A DNA stretch of 62,472 bases, the filler included, from Candidatus Nanoarchaeia archaeon (GTDB taxonomy: Archaea > Nanobdellota > Nanobdellia > Woesearchaeales > DATDTY01), in the NCBI GenBank assembly GCA_035290625.1. It is 7 parts of 7 records of this genome, joined end to end, with 100 filler letters (N's around TTAATTAATTAA, not from the genome) between each part and the next. Parts side by side here need not be neighbours in the genome. Positions count along the whole stretch, not along the records: positions 38,381 to 48,488 come from DATDTY010000074.1; positions 48,589 to 53,576 come from DATDTY010000076.1; positions 53,677 to 57,810 come from DATDTY010000077.1; 4 more parts are not named here. The stretch is one strand, 5' to 3'. The notes below the pieces were generated by a model. The model ran no database searches and was not told where the DNA came from. It worked only from the letters and a program-made list of their open reading frames with translations. Both the position numbers and the translations under genes were made by a program. Below are positions 47,366-56,892 of the stretch, one piece after another; the first letter of the stretch is position 1; each line of letters begins with the position of its first letter.

Positions 47366-47764
47366 ATGAAAGACCTCAAAGAGAAAATCGTCGGAGCAAC
47401 CGGAACAGTTTCCGGAGCGGCAAGCATTCTTGGGTCATGGCAGGTCTGCCACAGCGTTTGCCTGGGCATCATTGCGCTTCTTGGGATGATAGGCATCACG
47501 GTAGTTGGCATGCCTCTGCTGTTCCTGACAAAAGTTGCAGTACCACTCTGGACTGCCGCAGTGATACTTCTTGCTCTGGCGTTCTGGATGTACTACACCA
47601 GAAAATGCATCTCAAGGAATCTGCTGCTTGTAAACTCAGGCCTTCTCATCGCAGGCATTCCGTTCCAGGCCCTTCAGCGATTTTCGCTCTATTTTTGGAT
47701 TTTCGGAGGGGCTTTGGCGGCTGCTGGAATCTTTCTCCTCATAAAAAGGAGGATAATAAAATGA
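47366..47764 (+). CDS. MerC/MerT-like small membrane protein
   Basis: CHSVC within the first TM; about 4 TMs. Confidence 0.65.
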   Translation: MKDLKEKIVGATGTVSGAASILGSWQVCHSVCLGIIALLGMIGITVVGMPLLFLTKVAVPLWTAAVILLALAFWMYYTRKCISRNLLLVNSGLLIAGIPFQALQRFSLYFWIFGGALAAAGIFLLIKRRIIK

Positions 47765-48246
47765 GCCTGAACAAGGAACAGGTCATCCTTTACGCAGCAT
47801 TGCTCCTGGCAGCAGCAACGCTTATATATGCGCTGTTTGCGGTTATGGGCAGTCCAGGAAGCATAACCCTGAGAAATACACAGCAGGATTCAGTGAACCA
47901 GCCTGATGGATTTGCACAGGTGAATGGATTTGCAACAATAGGCTCAGGCAGCACAGATCAGGGTGATGTTTCCATTGACCTTACGCCAGTGAAAGGAGGG
48001 AAGCAGCTGAAAGTGCTGGTAACTGCCAACACTCACTCAGTTGATTTGAGCCAGTTTGATCTCAGGGAAATCACGATACTGGAGTATGATGGAAGAAAGA
48101 TTCAGCCGAGTGCTGCCCCAAAACTATCTGGGCATCATGCAAATGGGGAGATCATATTCGATGTTAGCGTGCCTTCAGATTCAGAGTTTACCATAAAGAT
48201 GAGAAGCATACCAAAAGAAGAAGAGCGCGTCTTCACATGGAGGTGA
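47761..48246 (+). CDS. Secreted His-motif protein
   Basis: N-terminal TM; NTHSVDL and SGHH motifs; AGGAGG SD. Confidence 0.7.
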   Translation: MSLNKEQVILYAALLLAAATLIYALFAVMGSPGSITLRNTQQDSVNQPDGFAQVNGFATIGSGSTDQGDVSIDLTPVKGGKQLKVLVTANTHSVDLSQFDLREITILEYDGRKIQPSAAPKLSGHHANGEIIFDVSVPSDSEFTIKMRSIPKEEERVFTWR

Positions 48247-48250
48247 AGTG

Positions 48251-48488
48251 ATGAAAGCTATAAAGATCAGCATTGTTTGGATGGCATTGTTTTTGGCATT
48301 TTTGGCTTTAGGAGGATTCATTGGCTCAGCCCATGAGGATTTCTCCGAGGCTAAAACCCTTATCGAGTCGAAGATATCCTGCAGCGAGCTCACAGATGAC
48401 CAGCTTGAGGAGATCGGAGATTACGCCATGGAGCAGATGCACCCTGGCGACGCGCATGAGCTCATGGATCAAATGATGGGAGGTGAGG
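48251..48488 (+). CDS. Met/His-rich secreted protein (3' truncated)
   Basis: Signal peptide; MEQMHPGDAHELMDQMMGGE; GGAGGTGA SD. Confidence 0.7.
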
Positions 48489-48588
48489 NNNNNNNNNNNN
48501 NNNNNNNNNNNNNNNNNNNNNNNNNNNNNNNNTTAATTAATTAANNNNNNNNNNNNNNNNNNNNNNNNNNNNNNNNNNNNNNNNNNNN
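48489..48588. other. Artificial contig spacer
   Basis: N-run / TTAATTAATTAA / N-run. Confidence 0.99.
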
Positions 48589-49119
48589 AATTCCAAAGAG
48601 GAGATGCAGCACAGCCCGGCCATCCCATGCAGTGAAAGAAAGAATCAGCGCATAGAACCAAACCACAAAAGCATAAGAAAGGTAAAGTCTCATGTCCTGA
48701 TGGCTCCGTATCTTTAAAAATCCGATAGCTACAAGAACAACAAGGACTCCGCTGGAGAAGAAGATGCCCCAGTAGTCGCTCGGTCCAAAACCGATGATGC
48801 GGTTCCAGAATGATTGTATGTTTAGTCCGTTAAAAGAAAAAAACTTGATATCTAAGACCCAAAGTCCAACAAATAGCCAAATGGCAAGCCAGCCACCGCT
48901 GAACGTTGAGCGCACTGCCCGTTTTCCAAGCCCGTAGGCTGCAGCCGCTGCAGCGCCGCCATATCCAAGAGTTGTTTTAATCCCGGGGGTCAGGTCATAA
49001 GAAAGTGTGTTCTTAACCCCTCTTCCAGCAGCAGCCCCTGCTTTGATAAACGTCGGAAAATATTTTTGAGAAGTCTCAGCGATTTTCTGCCTCAACCTTT
49101 TCTCAATAGGATCAACCAT
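48589..49119 (-). CDS. Hypothetical membrane protein (3' truncated)
   Basis: Several TMs; runs into the spacer. Confidence 0.6.
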
Positions 49120-49131
49120 TTCATAGAATCC

Positions 49132-50346
49132 TCAGTCCTTCTCAAGCGTAACATCAAGCGAAACAATCTTCAGCGTCTCTTGGGGGATGATCTGCACATA
49201 GTTATTCCTGCGTTCGGCAAACCTGCCAAGGTCATACCTGAATGTGATATCATCGGCTTCAAAGTCATCGTTGCTGAACTCTCCCCTCTTATGGCCATTG
49301 ACATTCACAAAAAAGCGGCTGTCAGTGTCTTTGTCATCAACAAACCTTAGGGTCAGGAAGAGCTGGCGCGTCTGGTTCTGGACCTGGCCAAAGGTGGTCT
49401 CGTTAAGCTCAAAGAAGTAAGTTGCTGTTCTCTGCTCCTTGAAATCGAGGTTGATGAATATCTGCTCAATGCTGTACGATCCGCGCTCAGACTCAAACAC
49501 GACAGTGTTGGACCCTGCAGCGAGATATTGCGCAGGGAATGTCTGCCGCACAGGATCATCACAGACAGGAACTGAATGGTATATCTTATAATCATTGATC
49601 CAGATTGCAAGTTTGCCTAAATCCCGCTCCCTGGCACAGTAGGGAACAAAACGGAAAGCGACGCTCTCAAGATTGGCAAGCTCGGATTGGAGCATGGTAA
49701 AGCTGCTCTGGCTCTCCCGCCTTGAGACATCCCTCACATCTCCAATGATCTGGATATTTTCAAGCTGGTATTCATTCGCCCCAAGGGTTCCTCGTGAAAC
49801 CTCAAAGACGAGCCGGTTGTCCTGTTTGAGGCTCGTCTTTGGCAGCTTGATAGGCACAGCATTGTACTGCTCGATTTCAGAAGAGAACACCTGCCCGCCA
49901 TTGAGAGTGATGAGGAGAGTTCCTTCATGCTTCCTTGCTGAAAAGGACAAAAAGACATTGTCAGTATGCTCAGGGTCATCGATCGAGAAGAGAGCCTCTT
50001 TTGGCGTGTTCCTCAGCAGGCTGTTGCTGATGGTAAAAGGATTAATGCGCTCAAGGACCTGAGAGCTGATGGTCTCCACCAGGAAAATGTTCGGCAATCC
50101 CTTATCGGCTTTTTGTTCAGTAACGTCTTTCGTCAGGATTCCTGGGCTCGCCTCAAGCAGGCTGACGATCTTCTCCCTGCTGCTGCTTGTGGTCTCTCCA
50201 TCCTCATCTGTCCCAAGCAGATCTGCCCGATCTTCCGGAGGCAGGAAAATGATGTACAGCACAATAATCAAAAGGATGATGCCGACAAGCGCTGCTGCTT
50301 GTCCTTTTGCGCCAATTGCCGCTCTTTTAGCCATAATTTTGCCCAT
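49132..50346 (-). CDS. Secreted beta-rich protein with class III (pilin-like) signal peptide
   Basis: AKGQ followed by a hydrophobic stretch and IFLPP. Confidence 0.65.
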   Translation of the reverse strand: MGKIMAKRAAIGAKGQAAALVGIILLIIVLYIIFLPPEDRADLLGTDEDGETTSSSREKIVSLLEASPGILTKDVTEQKADKGLPNIFLVETISSQVLERINPFTISNSLLRNTPKEALFSIDDPEHTDNVFLSFSARKHEGTLLITLNGGQVFSSEIEQYNAVPIKLPKTSLKQDNRLVFEVSRGTLGANEYQLENIQIIGDVRDVSRRESQSSFTMLQSELANLESVAFRFVPYCARERDLGKLAIWINDYKIYHSVPVCDDPVRQTFPAQYLAAGSNTVVFESERGSYSIEQIFINLDFKEQRTATYFFELNETTFGQVQNQTRQLFLTLRFVDDKDTDSRFFVNVNGHKRGEFSNDDFEADDITFRYDLGRFAERRNNYVQIIPQETLKIVSLDVTLEKD

Positions 50347-50408
50347 GAAAGTATCGTCTTAAATACGTACCTTTATATATTAATGTTTCGCTTTTCTCCC
50401 GTCCTGTA

Positions 50409-51443
50409 ATGAAACGGATTGCATGGAATCTCAGGAAGGGGGAGATCAAGGTAAAAGTTGAATCTCTTGACGACCTCTGGACGCTGAGAGGCGTGATCTC
50501 ACAAGGAGATGTTGTTTCAGGCAGATCTGAGCGCAAGGTAAGGAAAGGAGAAAAAGACCAGCGCTCCAGAGCAGTCATCAAACGGCATTTTCAGGCAATC
50601 GTAGAAGTTGAGAGAGTTGAGTTTGCGCAATCGCAGTTGAGGATAAGCGGAAAGCTCAGCCAGGGAACAGAGGATATACCAAAAGGCAGCTACCATACCA
50701 TAGTTGCAGAGCCTTTTAGTGTGATCACAGTAAAGAAACTGGCCTGGCCGGTGTTCATTCTGAAGAAGGTGCAGGACGCATGCAACCCAAGCCCCCACAG
50801 CATTTTGCTGGTTGTCTTTGACAGGGAAGAGGCAGTAATTGCAAGGCTGCAGAGGCAAGGCTATGAAGTCCTCATGACATTGGCAGGAGAGGTTCAGAAG
50901 AAGAGGGAGCCACAGAAGGTAGGAGCGCCTTTTTTTGAGGAGATAAAAAAAGCTCTTAAGGAAATCTCTGACAGGAATGGTATAACCCATATCATCGTTG
51001 CATCTCCGGCATTTTGGAAAGACGAAATCAGGCCAATCCTGGAGAATGCAAAGCTTCCTCAGCTTATCTATGCCTCCTGCTCCTCTGTTGGCCCTAACGG
51101 AATCGCAGAGGTCCTGAAAAGGCCCGAAATTGCCTCTGCCTTAAAAGAAGAGCGGGCGTTCCAGGAATTTGCTGCAGTAGAAGAGCTGATGGTGGCCATT
51201 GCAAAAGCTAAACCGGTGGCGTATGGCAGCGAGGAAGTGAACAGAGCGCAGGAATCTGGCGCAGTGGCGAAGGTTGTGGTTGCTGATGTGTTTCTCCAGG
51301 AACGCCCAGACGCAGATGCCCTCCTTGCAGCAGTAGAGCGGCAGAAGGGAAGCGTTGTCATTGTGTCATCATCCCATGAGGCTGGAAAAAAACTTCTCGG
51401 ATTAGGAGGCATTGGAGCGCTCTTAAGGTATAGGGTATCGTGA
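50409..51443 (+). CDS. pelA: mRNA surveillance protein pelota
   Basis: ESLDDLWTL, GSYHTI, VASPAFWK, HEAGKKLLGLGGIGALLRY. Confidence 0.95.
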   Translation: MKRIAWNLRKGEIKVKVESLDDLWTLRGVISQGDVVSGRSERKVRKGEKDQRSRAVIKRHFQAIVEVERVEFAQSQLRISGKLSQGTEDIPKGSYHTIVAEPFSVITVKKLAWPVFILKKVQDACNPSPHSILLVVFDREEAVIARLQRQGYEVLMTLAGEVQKKREPQKVGAPFFEEIKKALKEISDRNGITHIIVASPAFWKDEIRPILENAKLPQLIYASCSSVGPNGIAEVLKRPEIASALKEERAFQEFAAVEELMVAIAKAKPVAYGSEEVNRAQESGAVAKVVVADVFLQERPDADALLAAVERQKGSVVIVSSSHEAGKKLLGLGGIGALLRYRVS

Positions 51444-51603
51444 TGGGCATCATAATGAATATGCTGCAAGATCCAGGTTCATCTACTGAAGGAGGATGAA
51501 GAACCGTAACATATTAATAGTAGTACTCCTTTTTTATTGACCACTCATAACAAATCAAGTCCTAAAGGATTATAAAGAGTTTAGAAAAAGAGGGGGGAGA
51601 ACA

Positions 51604-52407
51604 ATGATTGTTAAAGAAGAGTTCCTGAGTAAGCTGAGAAGATACTTCTCGCTGAATTTATATGAAGTGAAGATTTGGACAGCGTTGCTGTCCCGGGGAG
51701 TCTCCACCGCAGGAGAGCTTTCTGATATAGCAAATGTGCCAAGATCAAGGAGTTATGATGTGCTGGAATCCCTCGAAAAGAAAGGGTTTGCAATCATGAA
51801 GCTCGGGAAGCCGATAAAGTATATTGCAGTCCCTCCAAATGAAGTGGTGGAGCGCGTAAAGAAAAACCTAAAGGTAGAAGCAGAAGAGCGGGTGAAGAGA
51901 CTTGAGAAGTTAAAGGGGACTGAGGTTCTGACTGAACTTGCAACCCTGCATACCCAGGGCATTGAACTTATCGAGCCATCAGATCTCAGCGGCTCATTGA
52001 GGGGCAGGCATAATCTCTATAACCATCTGGAGACCACAATAAAGAACGCCCAGGAGTCTGTCACTCTAAGCACCACTTCCCAAGGGTTTTTGAGAAAGGT
52101 GGAGGGGCTGATCCCTACATTCGAGAAGCTGAAGAAAAAAGGGGTCAAGATTCGGATTGCCGCTCCAATCACGAAGGAATGCAGCCAGGCAGTGAAAGAC
52201 GTATCGCAGTTTGCTGAAGTGCGCAACACGGACATCAAGTCCAGGTTCTGCATTGTGGACGGCAAGGAGCTCGTCTTTATGGTCCTGGACGACAAGGATG
52301 TGCATCCCACCTATGACGTTGGGATTTGGGTGAACACGCCATTCTTCGCAACAGCCTTAGAGGAGCTCTTCGAGAGTTCCTGGAAGAATATGAAGGCTGT
52401 GAAGTAG
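51604..52407 (+). CDS. TrmB family regulator (TrmBL2-like)
   Basis: LNLYEVKIWTALL, VPRSRSYDVLESLEKKGF, GKPIKY. Confidence 0.92.
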   Translation: MIVKEEFLSKLRRYFSLNLYEVKIWTALLSRGVSTAGELSDIANVPRSRSYDVLESLEKKGFAIMKLGKPIKYIAVPPNEVVERVKKNLKVEAEERVKRLEKLKGTEVLTELATLHTQGIELIEPSDLSGSLRGRHNLYNHLETTIKNAQESVTLSTTSQGFLRKVEGLIPTFEKLKKKGVKIRIAAPITKECSQAVKDVSQFAEVRNTDIKSRFCIVDGKELVFMVLDDKDVHPTYDVGIWVNTPFFATALEELFESSWKNMKAVK

Positions 52408-52433
52408 GCGCCGATTTTTAGTTTCTTTTCCTA

Positions 52434-53387
52434 TTACATCCCTGCGGCTGCGATGCTTGCAAGGAACGCCTCCAGCTGGATAAATTCATCGCTTCCTTCG
52501 CTGAGCCTGAACTCAATCTCCCCACAAAGCTGAATCAGCTCAACCTTCTTTCTTCCATCCATAGGCAAGAGATATATCCCCTCTTGGATCTGCTTGATTA
52601 CGTCAACTCCGCTCAGCCCATAATGCTGCATGGTTGAGAAGAGCTTATCCCTGGCCTGGAGAAAATCTCCGCTCAGGCTAGCCTCCAGAATTTCCTTGAT
52701 CTCGGTTGGCCTGGCAAAGGACGCAATGGAATAAACATCCTCTTCAGAGATGGTTTTTGAGAACGCTGCGCAGCTCTGCATAACGTTCTGGAGCCGCCTG
52801 CAGTCCCCCCCTGAAGCGGTGATAAGGGCCTCCTCGCTTTTCCCGGAAAAGTGCAGCCCCTCCTTCTTCGCAATATGCCCTATCAGTTCCTTGAGGTCTT
52901 CCTGCGGCAGCGGCTTGAATCGGAATATTGCGCACCTGCTTTGAATAGGATCGATGATCTTCGAGGAATAGTTTGCGGAGAGGATGAATCGTGTCGTTTG
53001 AGTTGTATTCTCCATGGTTCTGCGAAGCGCCTGCTGCGCCTCTCGTGTCAAAGCGTCGCATTCATCAAGGTAGATGATCTTAAAGGGGATGTCGCTTAAT
53101 GCCCGGGTCCTCGCAAAGTCTTTCACCTTGGTGCGGATAACATCGATGCCGCGCTCATCGCTTGCATTCAGCTCAAGAAAATTCTCGCGCCAATACTCCC
53201 CATAGAGCTGCTTAACAATCACGAGACTGAGGGAGGTTTTTCCAACACCAGCAGGCCCTGTAAAAAGGAGGTGAGGGAGGTTTTTCTGCTTGACAAAAGC
53301 CGCCACGCGTTTGATAATCTCCTTTTGGCCCCTAATCTCAGCGAACGTAGATGGACGATACTTTTCGATCCAGAGTGTCGACTCCAT
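52434..53387 (-). CDS. rfcS: Replication factor C small subunit
   Basis: WIEKYRP, GPAGVGKT, LELNASDERGID, SRC motif. Confidence 0.97.
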   Translation of the reverse strand: MESTLWIEKYRPSTFAEIRGQKEIIKRVAAFVKQKNLPHLLFTGPAGVGKTSLSLVIVKQLYGEYWRENFLELNASDERGIDVIRTKVKDFARTRALSDIPFKIIYLDECDALTREAQQALRRTMENTTQTTRFILSANYSSKIIDPIQSRCAIFRFKPLPQEDLKELIGHIAKKEGLHFSGKSEEALITASGGDCRRLQNVMQSCAAFSKTISEEDVYSIASFARPTEIKEILEASLSGDFLQARDKLFSTMQHYGLSGVDVIKQIQEGIYLLPMDGRKKVELIQLCGEIEFRLSEGSDEFIQLEAFLASIAAAGM

Positions 53388-53576
53388 AGTAAGAGAAGAA
53401 GCAAAACTGCTTTAAATACTGATTGGTTAGGTAATCCGATTGTTACATCCTGGCATAATTTCTTCTTGTCCACCAAAGGAAGAATACGAGAACAATAATT
53501 CCAGATACAACGCTTATTATTTTTGTTTGAAAAGCCCAATCACTAAAAACAGGGTAGACGATGAGGGTTGCTCCCA

Positions 53577-53676
53577 NNNNNNNNNNNNNNNNNNNNNNNN
53601 NNNNNNNNNNNNNNNNNNNNTTAATTAATTAANNNNNNNNNNNNNNNNNNNNNNNNNNNNNNNNNNNNNNNNNNNN
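53577..53676. other. Artificial contig spacer
   Basis: N-run / TTAATTAATTAA / N-run. Confidence 0.99.
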
Positions 53677-53678
53677 TG

Positions 53679-53789
53679 CAGGCAAAAGTCGGGAAATCCG
53701 GCATGATCAACATTAACAGGAAAAGCAAGATTGGGAAGCTCCTCGCTGATGCCATCGTGATGGGAGAGAAGATTGAGGTAATGGGATAA
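53679..53789 (+). CDS. C-terminal end of a probable PIN/KH-domain ATPase (PINA-like), 5' truncated
   Basis: AKVGKSGMININRKSKIGKLLADAI..GEKIEV resembles the PINA C-terminus. Confidence 0.5.
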   Translation, partial: QAKVGKSGMININRKSKIGKLLADAIVMGEKIEVMG

Positions 53790-53846
53790 GGATCATCGTT
53801 TTCTTTATTATGTGAGATTAACTCTCTATAATGGCAACATTGAATA

Positions 53847-54608
53847 CTACCCCTCTATCACAAAGAAATACAGCCTGTTAAACCAGATCATGACCAGGTA
53901 GAGCACTGCAATGACAACCCACGTAAACAATGATATGTACTGCTTATAGAAAAGCTGGGAAATGCCTGCCATAAGCGGCGCAGAAACGTAGTATATTGCG
54001 TAAAGCAGCAGAAATGCCAGCACAGAAAACCCAAGCACAGGAAGGTATTTCCTCGGCTGCATCAGGAATCTTCCGGTTTTCCTCCAGATGCTCTTCAACT
54101 CATTGCCTTGAGCAAAAAAGATACTGGAGGCATTTAACAGAAGGTAGAAGACTATTATGAACGCAAGGGTTGCAAAACCCCGCCAGGGCCGTTGATACTC
54201 AAACTTGACAGCCCATCCGCCTATGGTTATCACTGCCCAATATGCAGCTATGAACGAGCCGTACAGGCAGATGTTTAACGCATACAGCCTCTTGAACGAG
54301 AGCTTATGTCCCCTCTTCAGCATATGATTGATGGTATGGAGAACTGCCAGCTTAAATCCTGAATAGACTGCGAGCAACACCATTGCGTATATGATTGTGA
54401 ACACTGTCATAAATCCAAGGGCGCTTATGGCAGTGCTGCTGAAGCTCTGAATTGCCAGCTTGTTCTGCTCTACAATAAGGCCCACCAGCTTGATCGAATA
54501 CCAAAGAGTTAGAAGAAACAGGGCATCAAGAATAATTATTGTTCCTGCGTCTTTTTTGTTGCTGCGGAGCAGCCAAATAGTCCTGGCAAACCTAGATTGG
54601 CTTTTCAT
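53847..54608 (-). CDS. Hypothetical multi-pass membrane protein
   Basis: About 6 TMs; ATGA overlap with the upstream gene. Confidence 0.7.
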   Translation of the reverse strand: MKSQSRFARTIWLLRSNKKDAGTIIILDALFLLTLWYSIKLVGLIVEQNKLAIQSFSSTAISALGFMTVFTIIYAMVLLAVYSGFKLAVLHTINHMLKRGHKLSFKRLYALNICLYGSFIAAYWAVITIGGWAVKFEYQRPWRGFATLAFIIVFYLLLNASSIFFAQGNELKSIWRKTGRFLMQPRKYLPVLGFSVLAFLLLYAIYYVSAPLMAGISQLFYKQYISLFTWVVIAVLYLVMIWFNRLYFFVIEG

Positions 54609-55855
54609 CCAATCCCCATAACCTCTCCGCTTGTCAGGTTCCGATACGGAGCCTGCATAACATCCACATTCCTGAACACATAGGCTCCATCAGGCTCTAC
54701 TGTGCCGACACCTTGCCAAATATCGCTAAAGGTCTGGCCTGGGCTATAGACCACATCATCATAATAGCCAATATCTGCGCTCAAAACAATTGTCGGAACC
54801 TGAAGAATATCGTACTTCTTCACAATCTTCTCGCCTTCAGGGTCGGAGATGTCAAGGTACACTTCTTTGTTCACTGCAACATCAAGGCCTCGGGAATCGG
54901 CCAGGATTGATCGATGCAGGCTGACGTTGTAGCATTGGCTGCAGGTTTTGTCATCAAGATAGGTGAGCGTCACCAATCCAACCACTTTCTTGCTTTCAAG
55001 ATCATAATAGGGGGGATTAAATGGCCTGCTGGTACCTGTGGTGATGTAAGAGCCGTCAGAAGCGATCTTCCCAATACTGCTCCATGCAGAAACGATTTCC
55101 GGGTAGGCTGCAAGTCCGGAGCTTGCGATAACAACCGGGGCCCTCTGGATTCCATATTTCTCGATAAGATCAGATGCATCAGCAACATCCAAAACCCTCT
55201 GCTTCTCGACCAAAACACCTGCGCTTTCAAGGCTCGCCACAAATGAGCCTACATCATGACAGGTGGTGCAATCTTTCTTAACAATGGAGGTGAGGGTAAC
55301 TTTCCCTACAATGGCGCCGCTTTCTGCATCTGTGTATGGCGCTCCTGGGGCATCGAACACAAGAGCATCGCCGCTCTGCTTAAACTCTGCCAGGGAGATC
55401 TTATCGACCTCCCCTGTAACAATCACTGCAGGAATCCTGCGGATCTGGTACTGTGAAATCAGCTGGGCAGCGTCCTGAAACCTCAGCTCATCCTCCTTCT
55501 GAATATCAACATTTTTCTGCTTCAAAGAGCTCATCATCTGCGTTGTATCAAAGCATTGGCTGCATTTCTCATCCTTCAGGAGCGTAACAGAGATTTTCGC
55601 AGGCTTTTCTCTCTCAGCCTTTTTCTGCAAAAGGCTGTCAATCTCCCTGTCAATCCCGTACATCGTCACCATGTTGAACACCAGAATCAAAAAAAGGACT
55701 GCCGCAATCACTGGGAGATACTTGTCAATCCTGGGCTTTTCGCTGCCTCTATGCTCATGAAGGGGATGTTCATGATGTGAATGCTCATCGTCATGATGCG
55801 GCTCTTTGTCATGATCTCCTCTTGGATGCCCTTTTTCCTGATGTTCTTCGTTCAT
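54605..55855 (-). CDS. His-rich, membrane-anchored protein with three thioredoxin-like CxxC repeats
   Basis: His-rich N-terminus, TM, then CSQC / CTTC / CSQC each followed by 'LI.KY.I...P'. Confidence 0.75.
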   Translation of the reverse strand: MNEEHQEKGHPRGDHDKEPHHDDEHSHHEHPLHEHRGSEKPRIDKYLPVIAAVLFLILVFNMVTMYGIDREIDSLLQKKAEREKPAKISVTLLKDEKCSQCFDTTQMMSSLKQKNVDIQKEDELRFQDAAQLISQYQIRRIPAVIVTGEVDKISLAEFKQSGDALVFDAPGAPYTDAESGAIVGKVTLTSIVKKDCTTCHDVGSFVASLESAGVLVEKQRVLDVADASDLIEKYGIQRAPVVIASSGLAAYPEIVSAWSSIGKIASDGSYITTGTSRPFNPPYYDLESKKVVGLVTLTYLDDKTCSQCYNVSLHRSILADSRGLDVAVNKEVYLDISDPEGEKIVKKYDILQVPTIVLSADIGYYDDVVYSPGQTFSDIWQGVGTVEPDGAYVFRNVDVMQAPYRNLTSGEVMGIG

Positions 55856-55865
55856 CTTTGACCCC

Positions 55866-56348
55866 TCACCCTATTGCGCAGCCTGTGACCCCTGAAAGCC
55901 TGTCAAAGCTCTGCACGCCTTCGTATACCTTATCGTCAATTATCCATGTGGGCGTTTTCCGGATTTTTCCAGATGCTGCTGGAAATTCTGTGTATTCTTC
56001 ATACTTCAAGTATTTGAATGATTTCCCGAACATGGCTCTCTGCTTTTGAGTATACTGGCACCAGCTCATTGCGCCATACATCGTAGCGCCTTTTTCTGAA
56101 AGGCACTTGGCAAAGCTGTCAAATCTTCCAGGAGATGCTGCGGCATATACCGCATAGCCAGCTATCAAAATCACTGCAAGCACAGATCCTGAAAGCAGAA
56201 GAATCTTTTTCCTTGCCCAAGGGCTTGCCTTTCCTTTAGAATGTTGTGAAAACTGCTCTTGGCGGGTTTCATACTCCTTTCTAGCTTCATCAGAACCCTT
56301 CCGCAATTTCTCCAATCGAAGCCTTTTCCGCTCTTTTCCGCTCAGCAT
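55866..56348 (-). CDS. Membrane-anchored thioredoxin-like protein
   Basis: FAKCLSEKGATMYGA.WC..T.KQ..MFG, PTWII, LSGVTGC (resembles the Trx domain fused to VKOR). Confidence 0.8.
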   Translation of the reverse strand: MLSGKERKRLRLEKLRKGSDEARKEYETRQEQFSQHSKGKASPWARKKILLLSGSVLAVILIAGYAVYAAASPGRFDSFAKCLSEKGATMYGAMSWCQYTQKQRAMFGKSFKYLKYEEYTEFPAASGKIRKTPTWIIDDKVYEGVQSFDRLSGVTGCAIG

Positions 56349-56545
56349 CAAAATCCTGACCCTTCAGTGTTCGCTGCCTGGGCTGCAGTTTCATCAACAG
56401 CATCAGCGGGCATGCCAACTCCGCATCCGCCGCCATAAGTATCCTGGCCTGCTGGTCCTGTTGCATATCCTGAGGACTGGCTTGCGCATCCGCCAAGCAC
56501 TAACAAGCTAAGAATAAGGATTCCGACAATTAGTTTCTTCATCAT
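56348..56545 (-). CDS. Small lipoprotein
   Basis: Signal peptide LGGC; GGGCGV motif. Confidence 0.7.
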   Translation of the reverse strand: MMKKLIVGILILSLLVLGGCASQSSGYATGPAGQDTYGGGCGVGMPADAVDETAAQAANTEGSGF

Positions 56546-56634
56546 GTTTACCCCCCTTCTGTTTCAAATGACTTTATATACTGCTATCCTGGCCTTGTCA
56601 CTGGCTGTAATATTTAAATGTTATGAATTAAAGA

Positions 56635-56710
56635 CTCGATTGCAAGTTCCATCAGCTACACCTCACCAGTACTTCATATAGAACTGTGAGGCCAGAATAC
56701 ATCATGCCGA
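56635..56710 (+). repeat. Non-coding motif shared with 38435-38518 (minus strand)
   Basis: Identical 19-mer CTCGATTGCAAGTTCCATC, then CCTCACCA, ACTTCATATAGAA and CATGCCGA in the same order. Confidence 0.7.
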
Positions 56711-56892
56711 GCGACCTTTCAGCGCGCAACCAGCAGCATCATTCGGATAAAGAAGCACAGCAGATGCTCAACTTTTTCACCTTCATGGGGGAGTTCTATA
56801 AAACAGCTCAAACCCTTTTTCCAATGAAGACCGCAGATCGGGTTCTGCCTTCCACCGGAACTATAGACTCTGCTGCTGGCTACCAGAAGTAG

